Part shown: positions 9,284-16,731 of the stretch, piece by piece
Position numbering within the stretch: the stretch's first letter is position 1
How the letters are laid out: the number at the start of each line of letters is the position of its first letter
Virus record (IMG/VR): IMGVR_UViG_3300031942_000022
Coordinates: 1-39,803 of that record
DNA: 39,803 nucleotides
DNA from: a virus
Lineage: Duplodnaviria > Caudoviricetes
Reading direction: 5' to 3' (one strand)
Notes under the pieces: generated by a model
The model's database searches: none
Told to the model about the DNA's origin: nothing
Seen by the model: the letters and a program-made list of their open reading frames with translations, nothing else
Made by a program: the position numbers and the translations under genes

Positions 9284-9442
9284 GTGAGATTTACCCGTAA
9301 ACTGCAACCTTACCAGGTAGCACTCATCCGTCAGATGAAGAAAGAAGGTTTTACCCGCCGATTCACCGCCCGTTTGTTCGGGATCAGCTTGAATTGTCTG
9401 CAGCAGATCTTGAGCTATTCAACCTACAAAGATGTCAGATAA
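9284..9442 (+). CDS. Small HTH protein, 52 aa (below track cutoff)
   Basis: Manual translation MRFTRKLQPYQVALIRQMKKEGFTRRFTARLFGISLNCLQQILSYSTYKDVR. Confidence 0.65.
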   Translation: MRFTRKLQPYQVALIRQMKKEGFTRRFTARLFGISLNCLQQILSYSTYKDVR

Positions 9443-9599
9443 ACCAGAATTAAACCCTGAAGAACGCGCTTATTTGCTCAGATTGCTTAAAGAACACCTG
9501 GAATATTTTCGGCTTTTAGCAGCCAATCCTAAGTGTTCGGATGCTAACCGCGCAAAATATCGGATGCTCGAAACGCTATGGCAGAAATTGGTCCCTTGA
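9432..9599 (+). CDS. Hypothetical protein, 55 aa (below track cutoff)
   Basis: Manual translation MSDKPELNPEERAYLLRLLKEHLEYFRLLAANPKCSDANRAKYRMLETLWQKLVP. Confidence 0.55.
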   Translation: MSDKPELNPEERAYLLRLLKEHLEYFRLLAANPKCSDANRAKYRMLETLWQKLVP

Positions 9600-9708
9600 C
9601 GCACTTTGAATTTTTTTTCGTCAAAAAAAGAGTTTCTGTTCTGTTTAGCGCAGAGATGTTAATACCTTTTACGATCTTCTCTAAACAAAAAGCGAAAGGA
9701 AGAATCAA

Positions 9709-10107
9709 ATGTCAGCAGTTGAAATAACTATATCAGGAGTGCTTTATGACAAAACCGCTCGTACGACGCAGCCGGTCGTGCTGATCGGTGAAGCAAGTTT
9801 GACTGGACTCGGTATTGGCGGTGGACCGATTATCCCGCCTCCGGTGCAACCTCCACAACAACCTCCAGGACAACCGGTGTTTCCAATCTGGGGACCGCCT
9901 GGAAGTGAGTTCCCCGGAGGACCATATCCGCCAGTCGCTGGACATCCGCTTCCACCTGTTCCAGATCAACCTCCGCCAGATCTAACCCCTCCACCGCCGG
10001 GTATGACAGTCAAACCACCGCCAGAAAGTGGTGGATGGGCGTACGTGCAACCCTGGGGCTGGGGATACTTCCCGGGTCCAGGGCAGGTAGGACCCAAAAA
10101 GGCTTAG
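9709..10107 (+). CDS. Proline-rich hypothetical protein
   Basis: AAGGA upstream; poly-Pro body, C-terminal GGWAYVQPWGWGYFP; followed by a hairpin. Confidence 0.75.
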   Translation: MSAVEITISGVLYDKTARTTQPVVLIGEASLTGLGIGGGPIIPPPVQPPQQPPGQPVFPIWGPPGSEFPGGPYPPVAGHPLPPVPDQPPPDLTPPPPGMTVKPPPESGGWAYVQPWGWGYFPGPGQVGPKKA

Positions 10108-10126
10108 CACTCGGAGGCACTCTAAA

Positions 10127-10156
10127 GGGCTGTTTTTTGAACATAAAAAACGGCCC
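10127..10156. terminator. Stem-loop after proline-rich gene
   Basis: GGGCTGTTTTTT-gaacat-AAAAAACGGCCC. Confidence 0.45.
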
Positions 10157-10173
10157 AGAGCTTTCCGCACATT

Positions 10174-10380
10174 ATGATCGCGCTGTGGTTAAGTAAGCGA
10201 GAACAAGAGGTCTTGAAACTCGTGGCTCAAGGCCTCTCAAACAAGCAAGTAGCGGCTGAATTGGGTTTAAGCGTAAAAACCGTTAACTGCTACCGTACCA
10301 GTCTCTATCGGAAACTGGGCATACACAATGTGGTGAGCGCTACGCATTGCGCTATTCGTCTGGGTGCAATCAAGCTCTAA
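10174..10380 (+). CDS. Stand-alone LuxR/GerE-family HTH regulator
   Basis: LSKREQEVLKLVAQGLSNKQVAAELGLSVKTVNCYRTSLYRKLG; no receiver domain. Confidence 0.92.
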   Translation: MIALWLSKREQEVLKLVAQGLSNKQVAAELGLSVKTVNCYRTSLYRKLGIHNVVSATHCAIRLGAIKL

Positions 10381-10407
10381 AGCGCTCGCAAGACGAATGG
10401 CTGGAGC

Positions 10408-10956
10408 TTGCCCAGACACTCAAGTGACTCTATTTTTATAAACGCCTTAAATAGCGCACCTTTCATGCCTATACCGCCGGATTTCAGTGATCATTTGCAT
10501 TCATTCGGTAATTGTGCCGGTTCAATTTGTCCATTGGTCGATTTTAATTATCCCACCGAAACCTCAACCGCCGAACCCTTGATCCCTTTAAGCTCTGCCG
10601 CCAGCGCACTAAGTCGGATCTTCGAATGGGTCGGCCATAGCCAGGACTGGCGGTTTGCCGGCGCGAAAATCATTGCTCTTCATGTTCTCCTGGATCCCAT
10701 TAACGGCCCCTACCGTAATTTAAGCCAAGTCGCACGCGCGGCCGGCATATCGCGCGCCACTTTAAGCAAAGCCATCCTGAATTTGCGCGATTTGAACGGA
10801 ATTCGGTTTGCCGGCGGCAAAAGTCAGTTAGCACGCCAAACGTACCGCGAAACCCAGCTCATGCTTGTCGCTAACGGCCGGCACGCTTCCCAGAAATCTC
10901 GCAAAGAAAAAACCGGTGAGAATGTTCCACGTGGAAATCTCACCGGTTTAGATTGA
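10408..10956 (+). CDS. Hypothetical protein with C-terminal HTH
   Basis: NLSQVARAAGISRATLSKAILNL; true start uncertain. Confidence 0.65.
   Translation: MPRHSSDSIFINALNSAPFMPIPPDFSDHLHSFGNCAGSICPLVDFNYPTETSTAEPLIPLSSAASALSRIFEWVGHSQDWRFAGAKIIALHVLLDPINGPYRNLSQVARAAGISRATLSKAILNLRDLNGIRFAGGKSQLARQTYRETQLMLVANGRHASQKSRKEKTGENVPRGNLTGLD
10910..10949. terminator. Long hairpin at convergent gene ends, enclosing a parS-like palindrome
   Basis: AAACCGGTGAGA-atg-TTCCACGTGGAA-a-TCTCACCGGTTT. Confidence 0.6.
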
Positions 10957-10979
10957 AGTTACTGTTTTAGAGGTTTTAT

Positions 10980-11171
10980 CTATTTCAAATACGCGTAATG
11001 CGCTTCGACCAACTCCCTAATCGTCGCTGCGGCATTCGCTCCGAGCGATTCTAGCAGCTTTTCGCTGACCCGAATAGTAATACCGCGTCGACCAAGCTTC
11101 TTGCGTCCTGAGCCTTTACGGGCGCCGCCGTGAGTGGATTTTGGCGTACTAAAATGATACTCGAATGCCAT
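10980..11171 (-). CDS. GGAR-motif/RHH-like small DNA-binding protein (paralog 1)
   Basis: HGGARKGSGRKK then GITIRVSEKLLESLG...TIRELVE. Confidence 0.75.
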   Translation of the reverse strand: MAFEYHFSTPKSTHGGARKGSGRKKLGRRGITIRVSEKLLESLGANAAATIRELVEAHYAYLK

Positions 11172-11215
11172 AATCTTTTGCGCGAGATGGATACGCGGTC
11201 GGCTCTTGGATGAAT

Positions 11216-11506
11216 TTAAAGGTCACTTTGGCGAATCAGCGTTTTTGTACTGAAGTCATACACTCGAGTGTGAAGAATGCCGTAATAGCGACCATTCTCG
11301 TATGTTCGCCATCCGATCATTGCACGATGCACTGGCACTCCATCAATTTCGAAATAGCAAACGTTACGCCATGGCACACTGAATTGGGTAATCATTGCTT
11401 CCTTGGCGTAATCACCATCCTTTGGTAACATCCAGGTATTATCAGGTTGTCCAGCAAAAGCGTTCATGCCACACACACACATCAATAAAGAGATAAAAAA
11501 TTTCAT
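11216..11506 (-). CDS. Putative exported protein, 96 aa
   Basis: MKFFISLLMCVCGMNAFA signal-peptide-like start at ATG 11506, directly after the repeated promoter motif. Confidence 0.6.
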   Translation of the reverse strand: MKFFISLLMCVCGMNAFAGQPDNTWMLPKDGDYAKEAMITQFSVPWRNVCYFEIDGVPVHRAMIGWRTYENGRYYGILHTRVYDFSTKTLIRQSDL

Positions 11507-11556
11507 GTCTGATTCTTTACGACCAGCAAACTTGAAACTTAAAGGCTTTTTCAATT
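11507..11556 (-). promoter_or_regulatory. Cassette promoter/operator copy 1
   Basis: Minus strand aattgaaaaagccTTTAAgtttcaagtttgctggtCGTAaagaatcagac-ATG. Confidence 0.6.
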
Positions 11557-11575
11557 TCCTCGGACCAAACAAAAT

Positions 11576-11755
11576 ATGATCCACACAACCGTCGAACTCA
11601 GTCAGTGCTCAGCCGACGTGTGCAATGAGGAACAGATCATTGTCTTCAGGCGAGCTGAGCAGGAACTGTTGCGCTTATCCTTTGCCGAGTTTGATCAATT
11701 ACTCGAAGCTGTGGCCAGGACCGAAAGCTTTACGCCACCCCCGCAAATGAAATGA
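11576..11755 (+). CDS. Hypothetical protein, 59 aa (below track cutoff)
   Basis: Manual translation MIHTTVELSQCSADVCNEEQIIVFRRAEQELLRLSFAEFDQLLEAVARTESFTPPPQMK. Confidence 0.45.
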   Translation: MIHTTVELSQCSADVCNEEQIIVFRRAEQELLRLSFAEFDQLLEAVARTESFTPPPQMK

Positions 11756-11934
11756 TTTATGTTATATTCAATCCCAGACAGAATGCTGTGGGGCAATGTT
11801 CGCAGGCTCGGAGTTACCAGCCAAGAACTCCGGGTCTGCCTTCGAATTTTATATGCAAACCTAATCCATATGTGGCAAGGCGTTCGCGATCGCGGCTTGG
11901 AACGCCAGCTTGAGGAGTCTGGCGCATAGACAGG

Positions 11935-13251
11935 TTGAAGATACTCAATGGCGATTGCCTCGCAGTTTTGCCGACGCTGGAGTCCGGCAGCGTGCAATGC
12001 TGCGTCACTAGCCCCCCTTACTGGGGCTTGCGCGATTATGGTGTTGCTGGGGCATTGGGTTTGGAGGAAACGCCGGAAGCTTACGTTGCTAATCTGGTCG
12101 CCGTGTTTCGGGAGGTTTGGCGGGTATTGCGCCTTGATGGCACGCTTTGGCTGAATCTTTCTAGCTCTTACGCATCTGGTGGTAACGCGACCAGCCAATC
12201 TCTTTTGCGGCGGAATGCATCTGCATATGGCAGTGATGACAAAGAACAACCAAATTTTCAGACTGTTGATTCTGCTTGTTCCGATCTTTGTGATGAATGC
12301 CGAGTCGCGATTGAGTCCCGTTCTCGCCGCAATTCTGGCAATGACCAGCTGAGCGGACGATCTGAGCGGCGCGTCGATGCGATAAGCCGTGATAATACCC
12401 ACGTTTTTGAATCTCCTGCGAGCGAAGTTTGCGACGTTCCGGAGTCCACCAATCTTGAATCTTCTGAGCAACCTCAGGGCGAGTGCTTGCACTGCACCAA
12501 TTGTGGCGCTTGCCTAAATGTGCTTGCCTCTGCTTCTCGCGATGCTCGCTTGTGCGCTCGTAAGGCTTCGCGCAATTCCGACATTTTGCAGCGCGGGTTG
12601 GAGCGCCGCATTCAAGGCAAGGATGCTTTGGGCTCGGCATATTCAACCATAGTATTCCCTAGATTTAAGCCAAAGGATATGATTCCCGTTCCGTGGTTGG
12701 TTGCTTTGGCCCTCCAAGCCGAAGGCTGGTATCTGCGCAGCGATATTATCTGGCACAAGCCAAACCCGATGCCCGAAAGCGTGACCGATCGACCGACCAA
12801 AGCGCATGAGTACATTTTCCTTTTCGCCAAAGCCGAGCGCTATTTTTATGATGCGGATGCCATTAGAGAACCCCATATCGAGCCCTGGCGTGGTGGAGGC
12901 GAACACGAATCAACTAATCCGCATTCGGGTGGAAATTTGCAAACCGGTGTTTTTTGGGTTCCGAATAAACGGCAATATAATCCTTTAGGTCGCAATAAAC
13001 GCACGGTTTGGACAATCGCAACGCAATCATATTCCGAAGCTCATTTCGCGACCTTTCCCGAAGAATTGCCCAAGCTTTGCATCCTGGCTGGAAGCAAGCC
13101 AGGTGACACAATCCTTGATCCGTTTGCCGGCAGCGGCACAACCGGCAAGGTTGCGCTGGAGCTGGGCCGTCAAGGGATCCTGATTGAACTCAATCCGGCT
13201 TATATCGCGCTAGCACGGGAGCGAACTGCTGTGACTGCGGGCTGGTTTTAG
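11935..13251 (+). CDS. Beta-class N4C/N6A DNA methyltransferase with a ~165-aa in-frame insertion
   Basis: GDCL, VTSPPYWGLRDY, KPKD..PW.VALALQAEGWYLRSDIIWHKPNPMPESV.DRPTKAHEY, HFATFP, LDPFAGSGTTG, IELNP.Y. Confidence 0.95.
   Translation: MKILNGDCLAVLPTLESGSVQCCVTSPPYWGLRDYGVAGALGLEETPEAYVANLVAVFREVWRVLRLDGTLWLNLSSSYASGGNATSQSLLRRNASAYGSDDKEQPNFQTVDSACSDLCDECRVAIESRSRRNSGNDQLSGRSERRVDAISRDNTHVFESPASEVCDVPESTNLESSEQPQGECLHCTNCGACLNVLASASRDARLCARKASRNSDILQRGLERRIQGKDALGSAYSTIVFPRFKPKDMIPVPWLVALALQAEGWYLRSDIIWHKPNPMPESVTDRPTKAHEYIFLFAKAERYFYDADAIREPHIEPWRGGGEHESTNPHSGGNLQTGVFWVPNKRQYNPLGRNKRTVWTIATQSYSEAHFATFPEELPKLCILAGSKPGDTILDPFAGSGTTGKVALELGRQGILIELNPAYIALARERTAVTAGWF
12161..12640 (-). CDS. 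HNH endonuclease with zinc-finger and NUMOD3-like segments, nested antisense within the methyltransferase
   Basis: CLECG...KCRNC; TSEHREKQRQAHLGK; CQNCG...IHHKDRNKQNQQSENLVVLCHHCHMQMH; ATG 12640 (TTG 12646 alternative). Confidence 0.9.
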   Translation of the reverse strand: MPSPKHPCLECGAPTRAAKCRNCAKPYERTSEHREKQRQAHLGKRHNWCSASTRPEVAQKIQDWWTPERRKLRSQEIQKRGYYHGLSHRRAAQIVRSAGHCQNCGENGTQSRLGIHHKDRNKQNQQSENLVVLCHHCHMQMHSAAKEIGWSRYHQMRKS

Positions 13252-13423
13252 CTTTGGCGACGTCCAGGTATTACGCATGATCCCAAAGCACGTAAGTCCC
13301 TCAGCGCCAAAGGAATCTATTCGCAGCATAACATGTTCCAGACAGGTTCCGTCATTGGCAAATTTTTGCATGGATTAGATAAAATCTTCTATGCGAGATA
13401 TTTGCGAGTAATATAGGGCATCG

Positions 13424-14122
13424 ATGGCCTATTCAGAGGCTGAAATTCTCGAGCTTTCCAAACGAATCGGCAAAAATCGCGCGACTTTGTGGCGCTGGGC
13501 TAAAGAAGGTTGCGATTTACGCAGTCATGCATCAGTTCAGAGCTGGATTGAGAAAAAACGGACCAGGGAAACCAATGTTGAAAAGGCAAGGCGCCGTAAG
13601 GAAGCGCAGAAAATCGCGGCACAATCCGTAAATGATCAGGAACCTGCCGGCAATGGCGAGACATTACCCCCTGCGGGCAAACGCGGCGCAGCGGCAGCGC
13701 TCGAACGTTTAGAAAATCAGGAAGAAGAAGCTCACCGCCGGTTGCAGGCCGCCTTAAGTCGCGGCAATCCGATTCAGATTCAGGCCGCGCAGGAATTCTG
13801 GTTGCGGTGCAGTGAAACACTTCGCCGGTTGGATCTGGCGGTTGAGACGGCACGCAGAGAAGCCGAAACGCAAGTGCCGTTGCGAGTAGCGCAGGAAGCG
13901 GTGACGGCGGCCAGCGAATGGTTGCGGATCAGTGTCTCGCAATTTTTAAGCTCGGAGACGACGGCGCTGATGGCATTCAAAGACGGAGGCGAATTCCGGG
14001 CTTATTTCATCGAACGGTTGCGCGGCATCGTTCATTTGACGATGAAAAATACCGAGCAAACCAATTCCGCGATCCCGGACTGGGCGATTGCACGGATCAA
14101 GGCTGCTTGGAATGTGCAGTGA
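13424..14122 (+). CDS. Probable terminase small subunit
   Basis: N-terminal HTH (LSKRIGKNRATLWRWAKEGC) plus coiled coil; upstream of GpA terminase. Confidence 0.6.
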   Translation: MAYSEAEILELSKRIGKNRATLWRWAKEGCDLRSHASVQSWIEKKRTRETNVEKARRRKEAQKIAAQSVNDQEPAGNGETLPPAGKRGAAAALERLENQEEEAHRRLQAALSRGNPIQIQAAQEFWLRCSETLRRLDLAVETARREAETQVPLRVAQEAVTAASEWLRISVSQFLSSETTALMAFKDGGEFRAYFIERLRGIVHLTMKNTEQTNSAIPDWAIARIKAAWNVQ

Positions 14123-14232
14123 TGACCAGATCTTGAACGTATTGGCTTCTGGTAAAAGAGAGTGTATCTGCTGTATAGGTACCCGCAGCGTGAACGGGCT
14201 CCTGGGCCGGGTAACCGGCCCCGCGGCACCAA

Positions 14233-14472
14233 ATGACTCCGAGCGCTTATATCGATGAACCCTTGGCAATCTGCCATCTGATCGGCGGTGCGAACGGGTT
14301 GCCGTGGGATAAAGAACTTTCAGATGACCAGATCCGGGCGCATGTCGCCAAATGCATCCGTGTTTGGAACGAAATTCAGCGTCAACTCGCGATTAAATGG
14401 CAAATGGAAAATTCCCGAGCAGAAATCAAAGCCGAAACCGAGAAATGGCTGAAAGAACGCCAGGGACATTAA
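14233..14472 (+). CDS. Hypothetical protein, 79 aa
   Basis: Fills the gap between terminase subunits on the operon strand. Confidence 0.5.
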   Translation: MTPSAYIDEPLAICHLIGGANGLPWDKELSDDQIRAHVAKCIRVWNEIQRQLAIKWQMENSRAEIKAETEKWLKERQGH

Positions 14473-14478
14473 GGAAAA

Positions 14479-16170
14479 TTGTTCATCGACCCTATAGAGT
14501 GGGGTGCGAAATATTTCTATCTCGACCCTAACGCGACGCATAAAGGGTTGTTCAACCCGCGAATCTGCAAGTTCTTGTTACCCCAGATGCGCGCCTTTGC
14601 CGATCCGCGGGTTAAACGCGGTGTTGAAATGGCCGGCGCGCAGTCGGGTAAAACGCAGAAAGCCATTATCTGCGCATTCTGGGCGCTCGACCAGGATCCC
14701 GGACCGATGATGTGGGTCACGCCAAATGAAAAATTTTCGAAACTCTTTTTCGATACCCGGCTCAAACCCAGTTTGGATATGTGCGAACCGATTCAGCGCC
14801 GGTTGCCGAAGCGCCGGGGCGGGATTTCGAAGCTGAAAATCGATTTTGCAACCGGGATGTTCAATCTGGCTAATGCCGGCTCGACTGCGGATCTGTCCGG
14901 TAAACCGATCCGATACCTGATCCTGGATGAGGAGAAAGATTATCAGCCTGGCCGGGTTGAATACGCGTTGGTCAGGACGCGGAGCAAGCCGGATCTGAAA
15001 ATCTGGCGGATGTCGACCTCTAAAAAGTTCGAGGACACGATTCATCTGGCGTTTCTGGGCGGGACCCAGGATCATTGGCATTTGCGATGTCCGCGGTGCG
15101 GCGGATTCGAGCTGGTCCGCTGGAAGAATTTTCGATACATAACCAAAGGCTTGCTTTGTGAATCGATCTGTCTGACTTGTCCGGCACCGGTCGGAGTGGA
15201 CGAGAAAAATCAGCCGATTGTCTGCGGCTACGAATGGTGGGATACGCCGCAAGACCGGCTCTATATCCTCGATCACGGGGATTACGTGAGTCACAACCCC
15301 GGCGCGCCCTATCCGAGCTGGTCCTATTGGGGCGCCATTGCACCGTGGATCAGTTGGCAATCTATCGGCGCGGATTGGCTGATGGCGATGGAAGCCAAAT
15401 CAAAAGGCGATTACGAACCGTTTAAGCGCTTCTTGTGCGACACGATCAATGAACCCTTTGAGGAACAACCGGCCGATAAAACTCCTGAGATTGTCCGCTT
15501 TCCCTACAAGTTGAACCAGTTCAAGGCAGCGCGCTATCCGGGTGAGGCGCTGCGCGGAATGGCTGTAGACGTGCAGCTGAAGGATTTCAGGGTCGTCATA
15601 AGGGGATTTGAGCAAACGGCCGCCAGCAAGCTTCTGTGCGCGCTGCCGGTGGCGACCTTTGAAGACTTGCGCGCGTTGCAGATTGAATACGCAATCGAAG
15701 ACCGGTTCGTTTTTGTGGATTCAGCGCATCAAAGCGAGATGGTGTACGCGGCTTGTGTCGAGTATGGTTGGTTTGCGGTAGTCGGCAGCGATGAATACAA
15801 TTTTAACCATCCCAAAAAGGATTTTACTGGGAAGACCATCGGATATATCCAGAAACCGTTTAGCTCAATCCGTGATGTCTGGAGTTTCAAAAAAGGCAAA
15901 AATTGCCCGCTCATCACGCTCGCCACGCCACGCTTGAAAGATATCACCGCTTTTTTCAGGGATGGCAAAGCTAGCGTCAACTGGGAAATTCCGAGCGATG
16001 TTCCGGAAAGTTATATCCGGCAGGTCTATAACCAGTTTAAAGTGGAAAGGGTTAATGACCGCACTAAAAGATTGGAACTGGTCTGGCCGGATCGGCGCGA
16101 GGATCATTACTGGGATTGCGAATACTTTTTAACCGGGATGGCGATCATGGCCGGGATTATCAAGCTTTAG
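14479..16170 (+). CDS. terL: Terminase large subunit, lambda GpA family
   Basis: AGAQSGKT, DPGPMMWVTP, IRYLILDE, CPRCG, AVDVQ, FVDS, DHYWDCEY. Confidence 0.95.
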   Translation: MFIDPIEWGAKYFYLDPNATHKGLFNPRICKFLLPQMRAFADPRVKRGVEMAGAQSGKTQKAIICAFWALDQDPGPMMWVTPNEKFSKLFFDTRLKPSLDMCEPIQRRLPKRRGGISKLKIDFATGMFNLANAGSTADLSGKPIRYLILDEEKDYQPGRVEYALVRTRSKPDLKIWRMSTSKKFEDTIHLAFLGGTQDHWHLRCPRCGGFELVRWKNFRYITKGLLCESICLTCPAPVGVDEKNQPIVCGYEWWDTPQDRLYILDHGDYVSHNPGAPYPSWSYWGAIAPWISWQSIGADWLMAMEAKSKGDYEPFKRFLCDTINEPFEEQPADKTPEIVRFPYKLNQFKAARYPGEALRGMAVDVQLKDFRVVIRGFEQTAASKLLCALPVATFEDLRALQIEYAIEDRFVFVDSAHQSEMVYAACVEYGWFAVVGSDEYNFNHPKKDFTGKTIGYIQKPFSSIRDVWSFKKGKNCPLITLATPRLKDITAFFRDGKASVNWEIPSDVPESYIRQVYNQFKVERVNDRTKRLELVWPDRREDHYWDCEYFLTGMAIMAGIIKL

Positions 16171-16190
16171 GGTTTCGAATAAAACCAACA

Positions 16191-16215
16191 AAAAACCCGC
16201 TCATTTCTGAGCGGG
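16191..16215 (-). terminator. Intrinsic terminator of 55-aa cassette
   Basis: AAAAA-CCCGCTCA-tttc-TGAGCGGG (T-run on minus strand). Confidence 0.7.
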
Positions 16216-16368
16216 CTTGCCAGCCTTGCGGGCTTTCCGGCACTTTTCCCAGTGCCGAACAAGCTCGGCTTGGGATCGATACGGAAGACCGTACCGGTTA
16301 AGATCGGCCTCGGAAAGGCCGCAGGAAGAGAGACCGTCGCGGAAGGAAGAAAAAGAAGAGGAATTCAT
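16201..16368 (-). CDS. Small cassette ORF, 55 aa (below track cutoff)
   Basis: MNSSSFSSFRDGLSSCGLSEADLNRYGLPYRSQAELVRHWEKCRKARKAGKPAQK; bounded by the promoter motif and a terminator. Confidence 0.6.
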   Translation of the reverse strand: MNSSSFSSFRDGLSSCGLSEADLNRYGLPYRSQAELVRHWEKCRKARKAGKPAQK

Positions 16369-16418
16369 ACTAAATAATTACGTCAGCCTCACTGAAAACT
16401 TAAATTAAATTTTCAATT
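16369..16418 (-). promoter_or_regulatory. Cassette promoter/operator copy 2
   Basis: Minus strand aattgaaaatttaaTTTAAgttttcagtgaggctgaCGTAattatttagt-ATG. Confidence 0.65.
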
Positions 16419-16552
16419 AATTCTCTAATTGTTAAGGCCGGTCTGTTTCCAAGCTTTTCCAATATCTCAGCTTTAATCCGGATGCAGATCTGTCGTCGCC
16501 CATCAGTGACTCCGGGCTTGCGACCGGAACCTGCTCGTTTGCCGCCTTTCAT
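16400..16552 (-). CDS. GGAR-motif/RHH-like small DNA-binding protein (paralog 2), 50 aa
   Basis: MKGGKRAGSGRKPGVTDGRRQICIRIKAEILEKLGNRPALTIRELIENLI aligns by eye with 10980..11171. Confidence 0.75.
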   Translation of the reverse strand: MKGGKRAGSGRKPGVTDGRRQICIRIKAEILEKLGNRPALTIRELIENLI

Positions 16553-16574
16553 TTTATCTTCTTAAGATTGCCAA

Positions 16575-16608
16575 ATAAAAGCCCGCTCTTTTTGGAGCGG
16601 GCTTTTAT
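16575..16608. terminator. Bidirectional intrinsic terminator
   Basis: ATAAAAGCCCGCTC-tttttg-GAGCGGGCTTTTAT, 14-bp perfect stem. Confidence 0.85.
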
Positions 16609-16611
16609 ATG

Positions 16612-16731
16612 TTATTTGATTGTGGCTGGAATCCAGCCCAACGGGCTGTTCCAAAACCACTGTTTAAGGGTTTTGTGGAAGTAGAAAGTTTGTTTATTGA
16701 TGGTTTTGGATTTAGAGAAATTATTTGTCAT
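16612..16731 (-). CDS. Small cassette ORF, 39 aa, aromatic/basic (below track cutoff)
   Basis: MTNNFSKSKTINKQTFYFHKTLKQWFWNSPLGWIPATIK; bounded by the promoter motif and a terminator. Confidence 0.6.
   Translation of the reverse strand: MTNNFSKSKTINKQTFYFHKTLKQWFWNSPLGWIPATIK

Noticed and set aside
11752-11929. Possible small ORF or GIY-YIG remnant (MIYVIFNPRQNAV...)
   Set aside because: Similarity ends after about 13 residues and competing short frames cannot be distinguished.
11695-12492. 265-aa minus-strand ORF over the MTase
   Set aside because: In-register antisense shadow with no motifs, unlike the offset HNH ORF.
12160-12666. Intein or group I intron in the MTase
   Set aside because: No intein terminal HN-C/S/T junction, host frame open and endonuclease antisense; an intron is not evident by eye but needs an Infernal scan to exclude.
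14578-15360. 260-aa antisense ORF in terminase
   Set aside because: No motifs; overlaps conserved terminase core with no insertion.
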